Shown here: piece by piece, positions 19,326-29,585 of the stretch | Layout: each line of letters opens with the position of its first letter | Position numbering within the stretch: the first letter of the stretch is position 1 | Virus record (IMG/VR): IMGVR_UViG_3300036795_000108 | Location: 23,222 to 87,221 of that record | Reading direction: 5' to 3' (one strand) | Length of the DNA stretch: 64,000 nucleotides | From: a virus | Translations under genes and position numbers: made by a program | The notes under the pieces: model-generated | The model's database searches: none | What the model was told of the DNA's origin: nothing | What the model saw: only the letters and a program-made list of their open reading frames with translations

Positions 19326-22300
19326 GTGCCGTTCAAGAGCCCGGCGAGATCGGTGTACGTGTCACTCTCGAAGCTCACACCCAACTGTCCTGAGAGTGCC
19401 GAAGTGTTCTCTGCGGTGCTCTGCGTATTCGCCTGGATCGCCTGCTGGGCGTCAAGCTGAGCGGAAAGGATATCGTTTTGCTGCCCTCCGATCGCCTCCG
19501 CGATCTGCGTCGCGAGATCGGTGTCGCCGACGGACTCCGCGGCCTTCTGCTGGTTTTGCAATGCGACAAGCTGGGCCTGTAGCGCCGGGATGACCGTCTG
19601 ATTGATGTAGTCCGCGTACTGCGCCTCCGCGCCCGGGGTGTTCTGCGTATTCGCGAGCTGCTGCTGCAGTTGGATCGTCTGCTCGCCGGTGGCCGCCATC
19701 GTCGAAGCGTGCGTCGCCGCGTCCAATGCCGTCTGGGCCTGGCCCTCCACGCCGGTGCGGATCGCCTGCAGAGCCTCAAGAGAATCCTGCTGGTAGGTCC
19801 CCTGCGCGCCCTGGATCGACTCTGCGATCTGATCCGCGAGGGTTTGATCGCCGACCGATAGGGCCGCCTGCTGCTGGGACTGCAACGCCGAGATGAGCCC
19901 CGCCTGCTGGCTCGCTTGGTTCTGATAGCTCGCGGCGAGCTGCTGCCCACCCGCGACCGTCTGCGTGAGATCCTGAGCGCCGCCGAGGCCCTGTAGCTGC
20001 TGCTGAAGGTTGCTCGTCGCCCCCGACGCCATGTTCACGCCGTGCTGCGCCATGTCGGTCAACGCCTGGGCCTGACCCTCGACCCCGGCCTTGATCGCCT
20101 CCGTCGCGCTGAGCAACGCCTGCTGATAGTCGCCTTGGGCTGACTGGATCGACTCCGCGATCTGCTGCGCCAACGGCTGATCTCCGACCTTCTGAGCGGT
20201 CGCCTCCTGGCTGGTCAGGGCTGCGATCTGTCCTTGGATCGCGCCGGCCTGCTGCTGGTAGCTGGCCGCCAGCGCCTGCCCGCCCGCGACCGTCTGATCC
20301 GCCGTCGTGCGCCCACCCAGCGCTGCGGTGCCCTGCAACTGGGTTTGGAGCATCGACGTGGCGCCGGCCGCCATCGTCGCACCGTGCGTCGCGGTGTCCG
20401 CGGCCTGCTGAGCGGCTGTCTCAAGCGCCGTGACTCTCGCCTGCGCCGCGTTGCCCAACGCCGTGTCGAGGCCCTGCATCGCCGTCTGAAGCTGGCCCTT
20501 GAGTTCCTTCGCGCTGCTCTTGTCACCCGCCTTCACCGCGGCCTTATACGCCGTCTCGAGCTTCGAGACGACATCCCGCATCGTCTTCACCGACGCGTCG
20601 GCGTACCCCTCCAGCATCTTGGTGCCCTTCGCGGACTCCGCCGAGATGTCCTTGCGGTTCATCAGGTTCGTCAACGCCGTCTGGCCGTTCTGGACCGCCT
20701 GGGTCTCGTTCTGCGCCGCCATGACGATCGCGCCGACCCGGGCGCCCATCGCCGCGCTGGTGAGCTTCAGCGCCTGCTGGAGCCGGTCGACCTCCTGCTT
20801 ATCCGACGCGGACTCCTTGCCCTTCTGCAACAGCGTGATCTCGCTCTGGATCTGCTGGCGAGTCGCGAGCAGCCGCCCGTAGCTGATCGTGCCCGCACTG
20901 TTCAGCGCCGCCGACAGGCTCGTCATCGCCTTCGCGATGTTCCGGTTCTTCCCGCCGGCCGCGAGTCCCTTCAGCGCTGTCTGGACCTGCTCGGTCGTCT
21001 GAGCGACCGCCTGCCTGGTCGCGTTGATCCCCAACGTGACGATCGTCGTCTCCATCGACTGCACGACCGCCGCGAGGCTCTGAGTGCCGCTCGTGGATGT
21101 CGGCATCTGGAAGTTCGCTGGGGTGATCGCGAACTGCGAGCGCTGCTGCTTGGGGAGCCCGGTCAGATAACGGTTGCCCGAGAGCAGGCCCGTCCCGGAT
21201 GTGCGCCTGACCGGACCGCCCGTCCGGTAGCCCATCGCCCGCAGTTTCGGTGAACTCGGCTCGCGATAGCCCGGCTGGCCCTTCCCCCACGAACCCGTAT
21301 CCCACTGCGTCTGACCGTTCGCCATCCGCGTGCCCGCCGCCACAAAGCCACCGCCGCGGAACCCCGCCGGGTGACGCCTGATCGGGAAGCTCTCTGACCA
21401 GTTTGAGTCAAAGTGCGGGCCCTTGCCCGGGTAGGACGACTCCATGTACTTCTGGAAGAAGTGCATCATCGTGTGAGCAGCCTGGCCCTGATAGCCCGCG
21501 GGGCGCGTGCCGACCGTGATGTACTTGCCATCGCCGGGCACCCCGTAGGTCGCTGTCTGGCTGGTCGTCCACGGCGACGCGACCGGCGGCAGGACACCCC
21601 GGCCCCCCACGTTGATCAGGTCGCTGACCGTCGCCGAACAGTCCAACGCTCGCGACGCGGCGTTCGGCGGACGACCGTCCGCAGATCCCCCCGCCTTCAC
21701 ATACGGCAGGCCGTTGATCCGGTTCGCCTCCCGGTACATGCTTGCCCGCAACGCCCCCAACTTCGACGCCGCCGGAGTGCTGCCGCGCACGCCCACCCCC
21801 ACGCCACCCGAACGCGCGTTCTCGCTGATCGTTTTCGTAACCGTCTCGAGCTGCGCGCCCTGGATCGCCTCGCGTAGAAGCTGCCCGGTCGACAGGCCCG
21901 ACCCGGCGATCGCATAGTCCATCGCCTGCTGAAACGCATCCCCGCTGATCCCCGGACCGCGCGGCACCTGATGCGACACCGTGCGCTCGCCGCTGCCACC
22001 CGACTTCGACGCGACCTGCACCGCACCCGCCGAATAGCCGATCGCGCGCGCTAACGCCGGATGCAACCCCACCTTCACCGACTTATTGCCCTTCACGCCC
22101 GAGCCGATATCGGACTTATAGCCCTCCGCGTAGTGCGTGCCGCCGCCCGGCTTGCGGAAGTACAGATCCGAGCCGTAGCGCATCCCCGTCTGTGTCGCCG
22201 ACACGCCCAGCACGCCCGACAGGTCCGGCCGCAAGCCCTTGTTCGCGCCCGCCTCCAGGTACTCCGAGAACGACATGCCCGCGTGGTAGTTCGCGGCGCC

Positions 22301-25300
22301 GCCCGCCTGCGCAGCCAAACCATGCTGGTCGATCGCCGCGCCGACCGACAGCCACGTCAGACCACTGATCGAACGCCGCGCCTCCTGACGCTTGGTCTTG
22401 GCCTTGCGTGCCGCCTCGTCATGCTTGGTCTTCGAGGTCTTCCCGGCCTCGTAGTTGGCCTCCTGCGCCTTGTACGCCTGATAGCTGACCACCGGGTATG
22501 TCCTGCCGTTGAACGTGTAGGACTTCGCGCCCTGATAGCCCGGGCCCCAGTACATCTCATAGGTCGACGTCGACCCGGGGATCAGCACCGGCCCTTCCAA
22601 ACCCGTCGGCTTGCTAGACGCCGACGACGAGGATGTCTTGTCATGGTGGGTGTAGCTCTGCTGCGCCTGCTTGACACCCGTGATCGCGTCCCCAAGAGCA
22701 CCGCCGTTCTGGAAACGCCGGATGAAGCCACCCCCGCGGTAGCCCTGCGCAAACGCGGCCTCTGCGCCCGCCACCCGGTTCGCCGCCGCTGGGATCCCCG
22801 GCTTCTCGAAGTTGTTCATCAACCACAACGCCGCCGCGCTCGGGGTCCGCTGACTGTTCATCTCCGACACGCCCACACGGCCGATGTCCGCCGTCAGCAG
22901 CGACGCCTGCGTCGGGATCGCCTGCCACGGAACGTGATGCTGCTGCGCATAGCTGAACAGCTTCGAGCCCGGCGTCCACTGCCACAAGCCGGCCGCCCCG
23001 CCGCCACTGATCGCCGGATGAAGCGAAGACTCCTGCACCGCATTGCCGATCGCGCCCGCAATCGCGACCTTGTCCCACCCACCGGCATGCAAGGACTGGG
23101 CGATCTGATCCGACACCGGACCCTTGACCGACACGCCTAGGATCGACGCGCCCGCCTTGCCGTTCCGCATCCCCTCGAGCTGCGCGATCATCCGGTTCGC
23201 GGCCTTCGTCTCGGTATTCAACGCCGCCTGCCCCTCGCGCACAATCGTCCCGCTCGCCTCGATCACCGGCGCCTTGATCCTGTCCACAAACCCACCGTCG
23301 GCGAAGTGCGGCATCTGCTGGGAGGCGATCGCGCCGAGCAGCCCCGGCGCGGCGTGCTCCATCATCTGCTGGCCGTGCCCGGTCATGACGAACTCGTTAC
23401 CGGCCGCGAGAATCGGTGTGCTGTCGCTATACGGGTCGCCCGGCACCCAGCCACCGAAGTTCTTCGCGATCCCACGGATCGTCGCCTTGTTCTGCCCGCC
23501 CCCCGTAGCGACCGTCGGCTGGCCGATCAGCTTCGTAGAGCCGAACGCCTTCAGCGTCGCATTCAACTCCTGGGTGAGCAGCTTGTTGCCCTGCTGAACG
23601 GAGATGACGCCCGAACTCATCGCCTTGCTGACATTCGCGGCATACTGCGACCAGTTCTGGTTGGCGTCCTGCATCGCCGAGAGACTGCCGCTCTGGATCG
23701 CCTTGGTCTGTGACTGCTGCTGGCTCGTCACAGCCGTCGTCATCTGCTGGAAGTAGTTCTGGGTCAGCGTCTGAAGCTGGCCGTACTGGGTAGACGCGAT
23801 CTGCTTTTGCTTGGCGGTGCCATCCGACATCACGTCCTTGAGCTGGCTCATCGCCGCGCTGAGGTCACTCACCATGCCGCCGCCCGTCTTCTTGGCGATC
23901 ACGCGGATCGACGGGAACTCCGTCTCCAGGTTCCCGACGGCGGTGCCCAGGTTCTTCTGGGCCGACTGCAATCTGAACGAGGACGCGAGATCGCTCGCCG
24001 TGTCCTCCCCCTGCTTGCGCAGATAGTTGTGCAGGCCCGGGAACTGCTTCTCCATCGAAGCGATCATGCTCGACACCGCGCCCGCCGGGAGCTTGCCCTT
24101 GGCCTCCAAGCCGGCCGAGAGTTGCAGCATCGCCTGGCCCGCAGCGTCGCGCAGTGACGGCGCCGAGTTGTTGAACTGCGCGACCCAGTCCGTGACCATG
24201 CCCTTCGCGTCGGGCAACTGGATCTGAGAGAGCTGCTGCGTGAACTTCGACACGTCCGCGCCCTGCAGATCACCCGCCGCCTTGCTCGCCGCCGAAGACA
24301 TCGCCTGCAGTTGCCCGATCTGCTTCGAGAAGTCCGGGCCCTTCTCCGTAACCGCACCGAAACGACCCATGACCGTCGTCGTCGTCTGGCCCATCTTGGT
24401 GAAATGCGACGCGACGTCGTCAGCCTGCTTGCTGAGCTTCTGCAACGCCGCGACATTCCCCGAACTGGCGGCCTGCTTGATCTGGTTCTGAAGACCCGCG
24501 ACCTGCTTGTCCTGCGCGGACGGCTGGTTCAACAGCGACTCGATTCCCTTCGCCGCCGCACCCACGCCGGCGCCGACCGCCGCCCCGACGCCCGTGCCGA
24601 GCACCGGCACGACCGAGCCGATACCAGCACCAATGCCGGCGCCCGTCCCGATCGCCTTGCCCCAGCTCTTGCCCTGCTGGCCGAACAGACCGCCAACCGC
24701 TCCACCCCCCATGTTGCCGAGCAGACCACCCACGCCCGCCGCCATCCCACCGGAGAGCAATGTCGTGCCCATCGACGCGGCGCCCTCCGCGCCGAACAAC
24801 GCGCCCAGCAGACCATCCGAGGACGCCGCGGTCTGCGTGCTGCGCGCCAACGTATCCGCGTCCGTCGCGTCGCCCATCACCCCAGCCGTCCCAGCCTCCA
24901 GATTCGATGCGGTCTTCGCAGCCGCGCTCTCCCCAGAAAGACGCAGCCGGGGGGGCCCACCCCCCAATGCCGCCGCGTCGCCCTCAGCGCCCGCTACGGC
25001 GCCCTCAGCGCCACTTGCGCCCTCCACCGCGTCAAGGCGGCCGTACTGGTCGATCAGCTTGTTCAGCGCCGCGGTCTGCGCCTCGATCTGAGTGGTCTGC
25101 AACTTCATGGCGTCCGCCGCCTTCTCAGACTCCGACGGCTGCTCGGTAAACAGCTTGTTCACCGACGCCAACGGCGTCCTCAGACCCTTTAGCGCCTCCT
25201 GGATCACCACCCAGTCGGACTTGGCGCCACGCACCGCACTACCGATCCCACGCAGCGTCTTGGAGAGCAGGATCAGCCCGGTGACCGCACCCGCGCCGAT

Positions 25301-26947
25301 CAGCAGCGCATGCAACGCCGTCCTGTTCTGCTTGAAGAAATCGATCGTGTCATGCGCCGCGCTCGCCGCGCCCTTCAACGCCGGGATGATGTACTTCATC
25401 AGCGCCGCGCCCGTCGTCAACGCGCCACTCGCGAACTTCAGCAGCGTCGGCGCCATCTGCTCAGAGAACTGAAACTCAAGCCCCTGGGTTTGGAGTGACA
25501 GATTCTCCTGCTGCTTCTGCAGCTTCGCCGTGGCCGCGGCCGCCGGACCGCTCATCGTCAACCCGTAGGACTGAGCCTTCTTCGCAGCGCCATCGAACTC
25601 CTTCGAGCCACCCGCCAAGATCTCCGAGAGGGAACTGTAGGACCGGCCGAACAGCGTGCTCTCAATCGTCGTCTTCTCCGTACCCGCGCGCATCTTGTCG
25701 AGCTTGTCGCTCACAGTGTCAAACAGCGCGCCGGTGTTATGCGCGTCGGCCTGAACCGTCTTCTGAGAGATGCCGAGTTCCTGATACGCCTTCGAGGCAG
25801 TCAGCGTCGAGGATGTCGACTTATCCAGCAGGTCGCTGCTGATCGTCACCGCCGCCGTGCTGCCCGTCGGCAGCCGCGACACGCGAGACTGGACGACACC
25901 CTCCAACGACGGCAGGTTCTGCGCGCCCTTCTTGAGCTGCTGATAGGTGATCCCCAGCCGGGCGAAATCCTGCTGCGCGGACTTCGTGCCATCCAACGCC
26001 GACTTCACCCGACCGCCCAGCTTCGACAATGCCGCCTTAGAAGACGAGTCGATCGTGCCCATCGACTTGCTCGACGCCACCCCAAGATCACGCATCGCGG
26101 TCGTCAACTGCTCCGCAGACACCCCGCGCGACTGCGCGACCGCGATCCAAGACGCAGCCTGCTTCTGATCCAAGCCCGTGATCGCCGTAAGCTGCTGAGT
26201 CTCCTCGGTCAACTGCTTAGTGCTACTCAGCGCCGCCTTGATCCCCTCCGTCGAGATGAACCCAAGCGCCGCGCCAGCGATGCCGCTGCCCGCATAGCCG
26301 ACCACGCTCCGCGCGCGACCGCCGAGCCCCGCCGCGAGGCCGCGCTCAAGACCGTGGCCCTCCTCCTCCGCCTTAGACCCACCACGGCGCCCCGTACTCG
26401 TCGCCGACAAACCCACCGCCCGGCGCAGCCGGTTCCGTGCCTCGACCTGACGGTCGATCGCCGCGACCTCGTCATCCTGCTGCTTGACGATCACCGCACC
26501 CGCCTCCTGCGCCGTGATCTTCGTCTTCTCCATGATGTCGATGATCGACTGGTAGGACACATGCTGTTTACGCAGCGCCTCGATCACCTCCAACGTCGTC
26601 TTGGAGACCTGCGCACCCATCTCCGCCTGGGCCTTGTCGACCTTCATAGCCGCCGACGTCGCCAGCCTCTCGTTCTCCTGCCACGCCGCGCTGACCCTCG
26701 CTACCGCCACGCGGGTCTTCGCCGCAGAATCCGCGACCCTCGCCTGCGACGTCGAAACCGTCGTCGCTGCCTTAGTCGCCGCCGCGCCCTGGCCAGTCAA
26801 CGCCGTCGCGGTCTGCTTGACGCTGTCGCGGAACTTCTGATCCAACGCGACCGCCTGCGTCAAACCCTGATCTGAGAACGTCAGCGCATAGTCAGCCCGG
26901 ACGACCGGGCCAGCAATCCCCCCCGCGCCCGGAGCGCCGATACTCAC
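19322..26947 (-). CDS. tape measure protein with tail-lysozyme and NlpC/P60 domains
   Basis: 2541 aa, Ala/Gln/Gly-rich helical. AIAGAIGNAVQESS..GLWQWT..NFEKPG (phage tail lysozyme, about 22740-23110). YVKAGG..LDCSATVS..HTMM (NlpC/P60, about 21370-21760). Confidence 0.92.
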   Translation of the reverse strand: MSIGAPGAGGIAGPVVRADYALTFSDQGLTQAVALDQKFRDSVKQTATALTGQGAAATKAATTVSTSQARVADSAAKTRVAVARVSAAWQENERLATSAAMKVDKAQAEMGAQVSKTTLEVIEALRKQHVSYQSIIDIMEKTKITAQEAGAVIVKQQDDEVAAIDRQVEARNRLRRAVGLSATSTGRRGGSKAEEEGHGLERGLAAGLGGRARSVVGYAGSGIAGAALGFISTEGIKAALSSTKQLTEETQQLTAITGLDQKQAASWIAVAQSRGVSAEQLTTAMRDLGVASSKSMGTIDSSSKAALSKLGGRVKSALDGTKSAQQDFARLGITYQQLKKGAQNLPSLEGVVQSRVSRLPTGSTAAVTISSDLLDKSTSSTLTASKAYQELGISQKTVQADAHNTGALFDTVSDKLDKMRAGTEKTTIESTLFGRSYSSLSEILAGGSKEFDGAAKKAQSYGLTMSGPAAAATAKLQKQQENLSLQTQGLEFQFSEQMAPTLLKFASGALTTGAALMKYIIPALKGAASAAHDTIDFFKQNRTALHALLIGAGAVTGLILLSKTLRGIGSAVRGAKSDWVVIQEALKGLRTPLASVNKLFTEQPSESEKAADAMKLQTTQIEAQTAALNKLIDQYGRLDAVEGASGAEGAVAGAEGDAAALGGGPPRLRLSGESAAAKTASNLEAGTAGVMGDATDADTLARSTQTAASSDGLLGALFGAEGAASMGTTLLSGGMAAGVGGLLGNMGGGAVGGLFGQQGKSWGKAIGTGAGIGAGIGSVVPVLGTGVGAAVGAGVGAAAKGIESLLNQPSAQDKQVAGLQNQIKQAASSGNVAALQKLSKQADDVASHFTKMGQTTTTVMGRFGAVTEKGPDFSKQIGQLQAMSSAASKAAGDLQGADVSKFTQQLSQIQLPDAKGMVTDWVAQFNNSAPSLRDAAGQAMLQLSAGLEAKGKLPAGAVSSMIASMEKQFPGLHNYLRKQGEDTASDLASSFRLQSAQKNLGTAVGNLETEFPSIRVIAKKTGGGMVSDLSAAMSQLKDVMSDGTAKQKQIASTQYGQLQTLTQNYFQQMTTAVTSQQQSQTKAIQSGSLSAMQDANQNWSQYAANVSKAMSSGVISVQQGNKLLTQELNATLKAFGSTKLIGQPTVATGGGQNKATIRGIAKNFGGWVPGDPYSDSTPILAAGNEFVMTGHGQQMMEHAAPGLLGAIASQQMPHFADGGFVDRIKAPVIEASGTIVREGQAALNTETKAANRMIAQLEGMRNGKAGASILGVSVKGPVSDQIAQSLHAGGWDKVAIAGAIGNAVQESSLHPAISGGGAAGLWQWTPGSKLFSYAQQHHVPWQAIPTQASLLTADIGRVGVSEMNSQRTPSAAALWLMNNFEKPGIPAAANRVAGAEAAFAQGYRGGGFIRRFQNGGALGDAITGVKQAQQSYTHHDKTSSSSASSKPTGLEGPVLIPGSTSTYEMYWGPGYQGAKSYTFNGRTYPVVSYQAYKAQEANYEAGKTSKTKHDEAARKAKTKRQEARRSISGLTWLSVGAAIDQHGLAAQAGGAANYHAGMSFSEYLEAGANKGLRPDLSGVLGVSATQTGMRYGSDLYFRKPGGGTHYAEGYKSDIGSGVKGNKSVKVGLHPALARAIGYSAGAVQVASKSGGSGERTVSHQVPRGPGISGDAFQQAMDYAIAGSGLSTGQLLREAIQGAQLETVTKTISENARSGGVGVGVRGSTPAASKLGALRASMYREANRINGLPYVKAGGSADGRPPNAASRALDCSATVSDLINVGGRGVLPPVASPWTTSQTATYGVPGDGKYITVGTRPAGYQGQAAHTMMHFFQKYMESSYPGKGPHFDSNWSESFPIRRHPAGFRGGGFVAAGTRMANGQTQWDTGSWGKGQPGYREPSSPKLRAMGYRTGGPVRRTSGTGLLSGNRYLTGLPKQQRSQFAITPANFQMPTSTSGTQSLAAVVQSMETTIVTLGINATRQAVAQTTEQVQTALKGLAAGGKNRNIAKAMTSLSAALNSAGTISYGRLLATRQQIQSEITLLQKGKESASDKQEVDRLQQALKLTSAAMGARVGAIVMAAQNETQAVQNGQTALTNLMNRKDISAESAKGTKMLEGYADASVKTMRDVVSKLETAYKAAVKAGDKSSAKELKGQLQTAMQGLDTALGNAAQARVTALETAAQQAADTATHGATMAAGATSMLQTQLQGTAALGGRTTADQTVAGGQALAASYQQQAGAIQGQIAALTSQEATAQKVGDQPLAQQIAESIQSAQGDYQQALLSATEAIKAGVEGQAQALTDMAQHGVNMASGATSNLQQQLQGLGGAQDLTQTVAGGQQLAASYQNQASQQAGLISALQSQQQAALSVGDQTLADQIAESIQGAQGTYQQDSLEALQAIRTGVEGQAQTALDAATHASTMAATGEQTIQLQQQLANTQNTPGAEAQYADYINQTVIPALQAQLVALQNQQKAAESVGDTDLATQIAEAIGGQQNDILSAQLDAQQAIQANTQSTAENTSALSGQLGVSFESDTYTDLAGLLNGT

Positions 26948-27178
26948 AACCCAACGCCCTTCTGCAAGCTCACGCCCGCCTGCACCTTCGCGAGCGTGAT
27001 CCGCAACTCGCGCTCACCCTCGACGATGCGGCCCAGTTCCTTCGCGAGCTTGGCTGTCTCCAACGGGCCCATCTCCTCAAACTCCGCGTAGCTCATCCCG
27101 CCGTAGAACGCCAGGAACGCCGCTAGGGCGTAGTGGACTCGGTCGAAGTCGTCGTCGACGGGGGCGACGTAGGGTCCT
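26944..27178 (-). CDS. tail assembly chaperone, -1 frameshifted extension (G-T type)
   Basis: The -1 frame opens at GGA CCC TAC and reads PYVAPVDDDFDRVHYALAAFLAFYGGMSYAEFEEMGP...VGL*. Its stop overlaps the tape measure start. Confidence 0.7.
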
Positions 27179-27611
27179 CATTGGACAGCACGTAGTTCAT
27201 CAGCCCCTCGATATCACGGGCGTCGATGTCCTCCGCGAGATGCTTGAGCAGCGCCGCCTCAACGACCGGCTGCTGATTGTCGTCGACGAGCATGATCGAA
27301 AGCTGCTTGGCCAACGACGCGTTGTTGACCTCCGCGACCTCATCCGAACCCTCGCCGGCCTCGCGGGCCAGCCGCTTGGCCTCCTCCTCCTCCACGCCGT
27401 TCTCAATCGCCTCGTCATACGCGTCCCGGTAGTCCTGGGACTCCATTCCGACCCGCCGGCCGTCCGCCGCCGCCTGACGGCTGAGTGCCCGGACCTTGCG
27501 CATCTTCGCGTTCGTCAAACGCGCCGGGTGATACGTCTGCTCTCCGAGGACGACCGGGCCGCTCTCGCGCTCTGAGGCTCGCTGGTTGGCGTCGAATCCT
27601 GTTCGTGACAT
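27123..27611 (-). CDS. tail assembly chaperone
   Basis: Between tail tube and tape measure. Ends ...EDPTSPPSTTTSTESTTP, the S/T-rich tail typical after a slip site. RBS aggag. Confidence 0.75.
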   Translation of the reverse strand: MSRTGFDANQRASERESGPVVLGEQTYHPARLTNAKMRKVRALSRQAAADGRRVGMESQDYRDAYDEAIENGVEEEEAKRLAREAGEGSDEVAEVNNASLAKQLSIMLVDDNQQPVVEAALLKHLAEDIDARDIEGLMNYVLSNEDPTSPPSTTTSTESTTP

Positions 27612-27919
27612 GTGTCGCTGCTCCTATCCGCCAGATCGGCGGTATGGGTGTCCGTCGTGGAGATCACAAAGACCTCAACGACTCGGGATCGCCCAGCTTC
27701 CCTCCTGGCCTGGGCGACGATGTCAAGGACATCCGCGGCGTAATCCGCCTCGACGTCCCCGGCGGCGATCCGCACATAGCCGATCGCGTCCTCGGCCGCG
27801 TCCTGCAGCCGATCCAGCTCAGCCAGCACCCGAACCAGCGGCCGCAGCGAAGCCAAGGCATCCTTCGCCTTGCGCTTGACCGCGAGCCGCTTCGCCCGGA
27901 TGTTCGGCCGATCCGACAT
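27515..27919 (-). CDS. hypothetical protein (overlaps chaperone start)
   Basis: Starts just after the DUF6131-like stop. The last ~32 codons overlap the chaperone gene. Confidence 0.4.
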   Translation of the reverse strand: MSDRPNIRAKRLAVKRKAKDALASLRPLVRVLAELDRLQDAAEDAIGYVRIAAGDVEADYAADVLDIVAQARREAGRSRVVEVFVISTTDTHTADLADRSSDTCHEQDSTPTSEPQSARAARSSSESRRITRRV

Positions 27920-27921
27920 GG

Positions 27922-28077
27922 TCAGTACCAGCGTCGACCGCCGACCGCATGGCCGACCGCGCCGAGCGCGAACAGCACCAGCCCGACCACCAGCACGATG
28001 ATCCCGATCGTGAACAGCACCGCGACCTTCGGGATCAGCAGGCCCAGCACGATGAGGATGACGCCCAGAACGATCAT
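27922..28077 (-). CDS. DUF6131-like small two-TM membrane protein (not in ORF track)
   Basis: MIVLGVILIVLGLLIPKVAVLFTIGIIVLVVGLVLFALGAVGHAVGGRRWY matches the actinobacterial family pattern ending in AVGGRRxY. Confidence 0.75.
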   Translation of the reverse strand: MIVLGVILIVLGLLIPKVAVLFTIGIIVLVVGLVLFALGAVGHAVGGRRWY

Positions 28078-28081
28078 CGCG

Positions 28082-28480
28082 TCAGAACTCGGTGCGGACC
28101 TGATGGTCGATGTTCCACGTGATCGACGGGGAGGTCCCCGCGATCGTCGCGACCCACCGGCACTTCACGCCCAGCCCGACGAACGTCATCTGCGCCGAGC
28201 CGTCCGCGGTGATCGCCCCGAACGCCCCGTTGGGGACATCCGTCCATGTGGTGCCGTCCATCGAGTTCTGCAGCTTGACGGTGATCGACGCGCCCGAACC
28301 CGAGATCGCGGTCACGTTGACCTGCGCGTCGAGCTGGTAGGCGTCCTCGGTCGCGAACGCCGACCCGGTGAATGTCGCCGTGCTCGTCTTCGAGGCGATG
28401 TCCGCGCCGGCCAGCTTGCGGGTCGGACGGTACCGACGATCAAGGCTCGCGCCCGCCGTCGCCCTTGATGCCACTGTCAT
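28082..28480 (-). CDS. virion-associated beta-sandwich protein
   Basis: Follows the tail tube. VKLQNSMDGTTWTD motif. RBS aaggag. Confidence 0.6.
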   Translation of the reverse strand: MTVASRATAGASLDRRYRPTRKLAGADIASKTSTATFTGSAFATEDAYQLDAQVNVTAISGSGASITVKLQNSMDGTTWTDVPNGAFGAITADGSAQMTFVGLGVKCRWVATIAGTSPSITWNIDHQVRTEF

Positions 28481-28502
28481 CTGATTCTCCTTTTGACGCG
28501 AC

Positions 28503-29582
28503 CTAGATCAGTGCCGTCGAGATGCCGTTGATGGACTGGAACTGGACGTCGGCGTCGTCATACGGCGAGTAGTAGCCGCCGAAGTTCACCGCGTAGGTGA
28601 TGTCGCCGTTGGCCTGCAGGTCGCCCGGGCCCGCCGAGTCTGCGGTCAACTCAACCGCGTTGATCGTGACCTGCACCGCCTCATACTGCGGCCCGGTCGA
28701 ACCCGAGATCGCACCCCCGACGAAGTTGAAGGCGAACTTCTGGACCTGCGCGAAGTCCAGCGCGACGTCCTGCGCGCTGTTGACATTGCCGAACGTCAAG
28801 GTGCCCGTGATGTCAAGCTGAGCCCCGAGCTTGTACTGCGACGGGAACCACAGCTTCCGGGTCAGCGGCGACGCGCCCAACGTCTGAGCGACGATGTTGT
28901 GCCCCGCATACCACTTCCGGGTGATGTTGTTGTTGAACGTCAGATCGACGCCCTGCAGATCCGGGATCGTCGTCGAAGACCCATCGATATACGCCGAAGC
29001 GTCGCGCAGCAGCAGGATCTGATCGACGTCGGTGTAGGTCGGCGTCGGCATGTCCGTCGCATACGGCCCGTAGTACAGGCCCTGGATCTCCGCCGAAAGC
29101 GTCCCCTCGCTGTCCAGTGGGAAGCTCGCCGTCAGCGAGTTCACGAACCCGCCCGACATCTTCTGGTTCAGGTCGTCGCGAACGAGCTGGCAGTGCATCG
29201 ACGGAAGCTGTGTCGCCCCGAAACCCAGCTCCGTGAACGAGTGGGTGTACCCGGTGTCCGCGGACCCCGTGACGGTGTCCGTTGCGCCGAGCAGCTTGCG
29301 CATCAGCTTCTCCCACACCGACCGGTACGCCGGCACGGGGATCGTCATCGTGGGGCCGGCCATCAACGGGTCGGGGGTCGCGATCGAACGCCGCCCCCGG
29401 ACCTCGTTCGACTTGTCGATCCGAGTCAGGCCACGATCCAGCGACCCGCCGGTGACCGGCCAGAACACGGTCGCGTCCGGCACGGTGCCGTCCGTGAGGT
29501 TCTCGTATGAGGTCCCGCCGATGACGTCGTCCGTGATACCGAACAGGCGGCGAATTGCGGGACTCGGATAGGTGACGGGCAC
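28503..29582 (-). CDS. major tail tube protein
   Basis: 359 aa, beta-rich, between neck genes and chaperone. Confidence 0.75.
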   Translation of the reverse strand: MPVTYPSPAIRRLFGITDDVIGGTSYENLTDGTVPDATVFWPVTGGSLDRGLTRIDKSNEVRGRRSIATPDPLMAGPTMTIPVPAYRSVWEKLMRKLLGATDTVTGSADTGYTHSFTELGFGATQLPSMHCQLVRDDLNQKMSGGFVNSLTASFPLDSEGTLSAEIQGLYYGPYATDMPTPTYTDVDQILLLRDASAYIDGSSTTIPDLQGVDLTFNNNITRKWYAGHNIVAQTLGASPLTRKLWFPSQYKLGAQLDITGTLTFGNVNSAQDVALDFAQVQKFAFNFVGGAISGSTGPQYEAVQVTINAVELTADSAGPGDLQANGDITYAVNFGGYYSPYDDADVQFQSINGISTALI

Positions 29583-29585
29583 TGG

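Noticed and set aside
19400-20420. Repeats at the TMP 3' end as a DGR or array
   Set aside because: They are degenerate in-frame protein repeats. There is no reverse transcriptase and no adenine-specific mismatch pattern.
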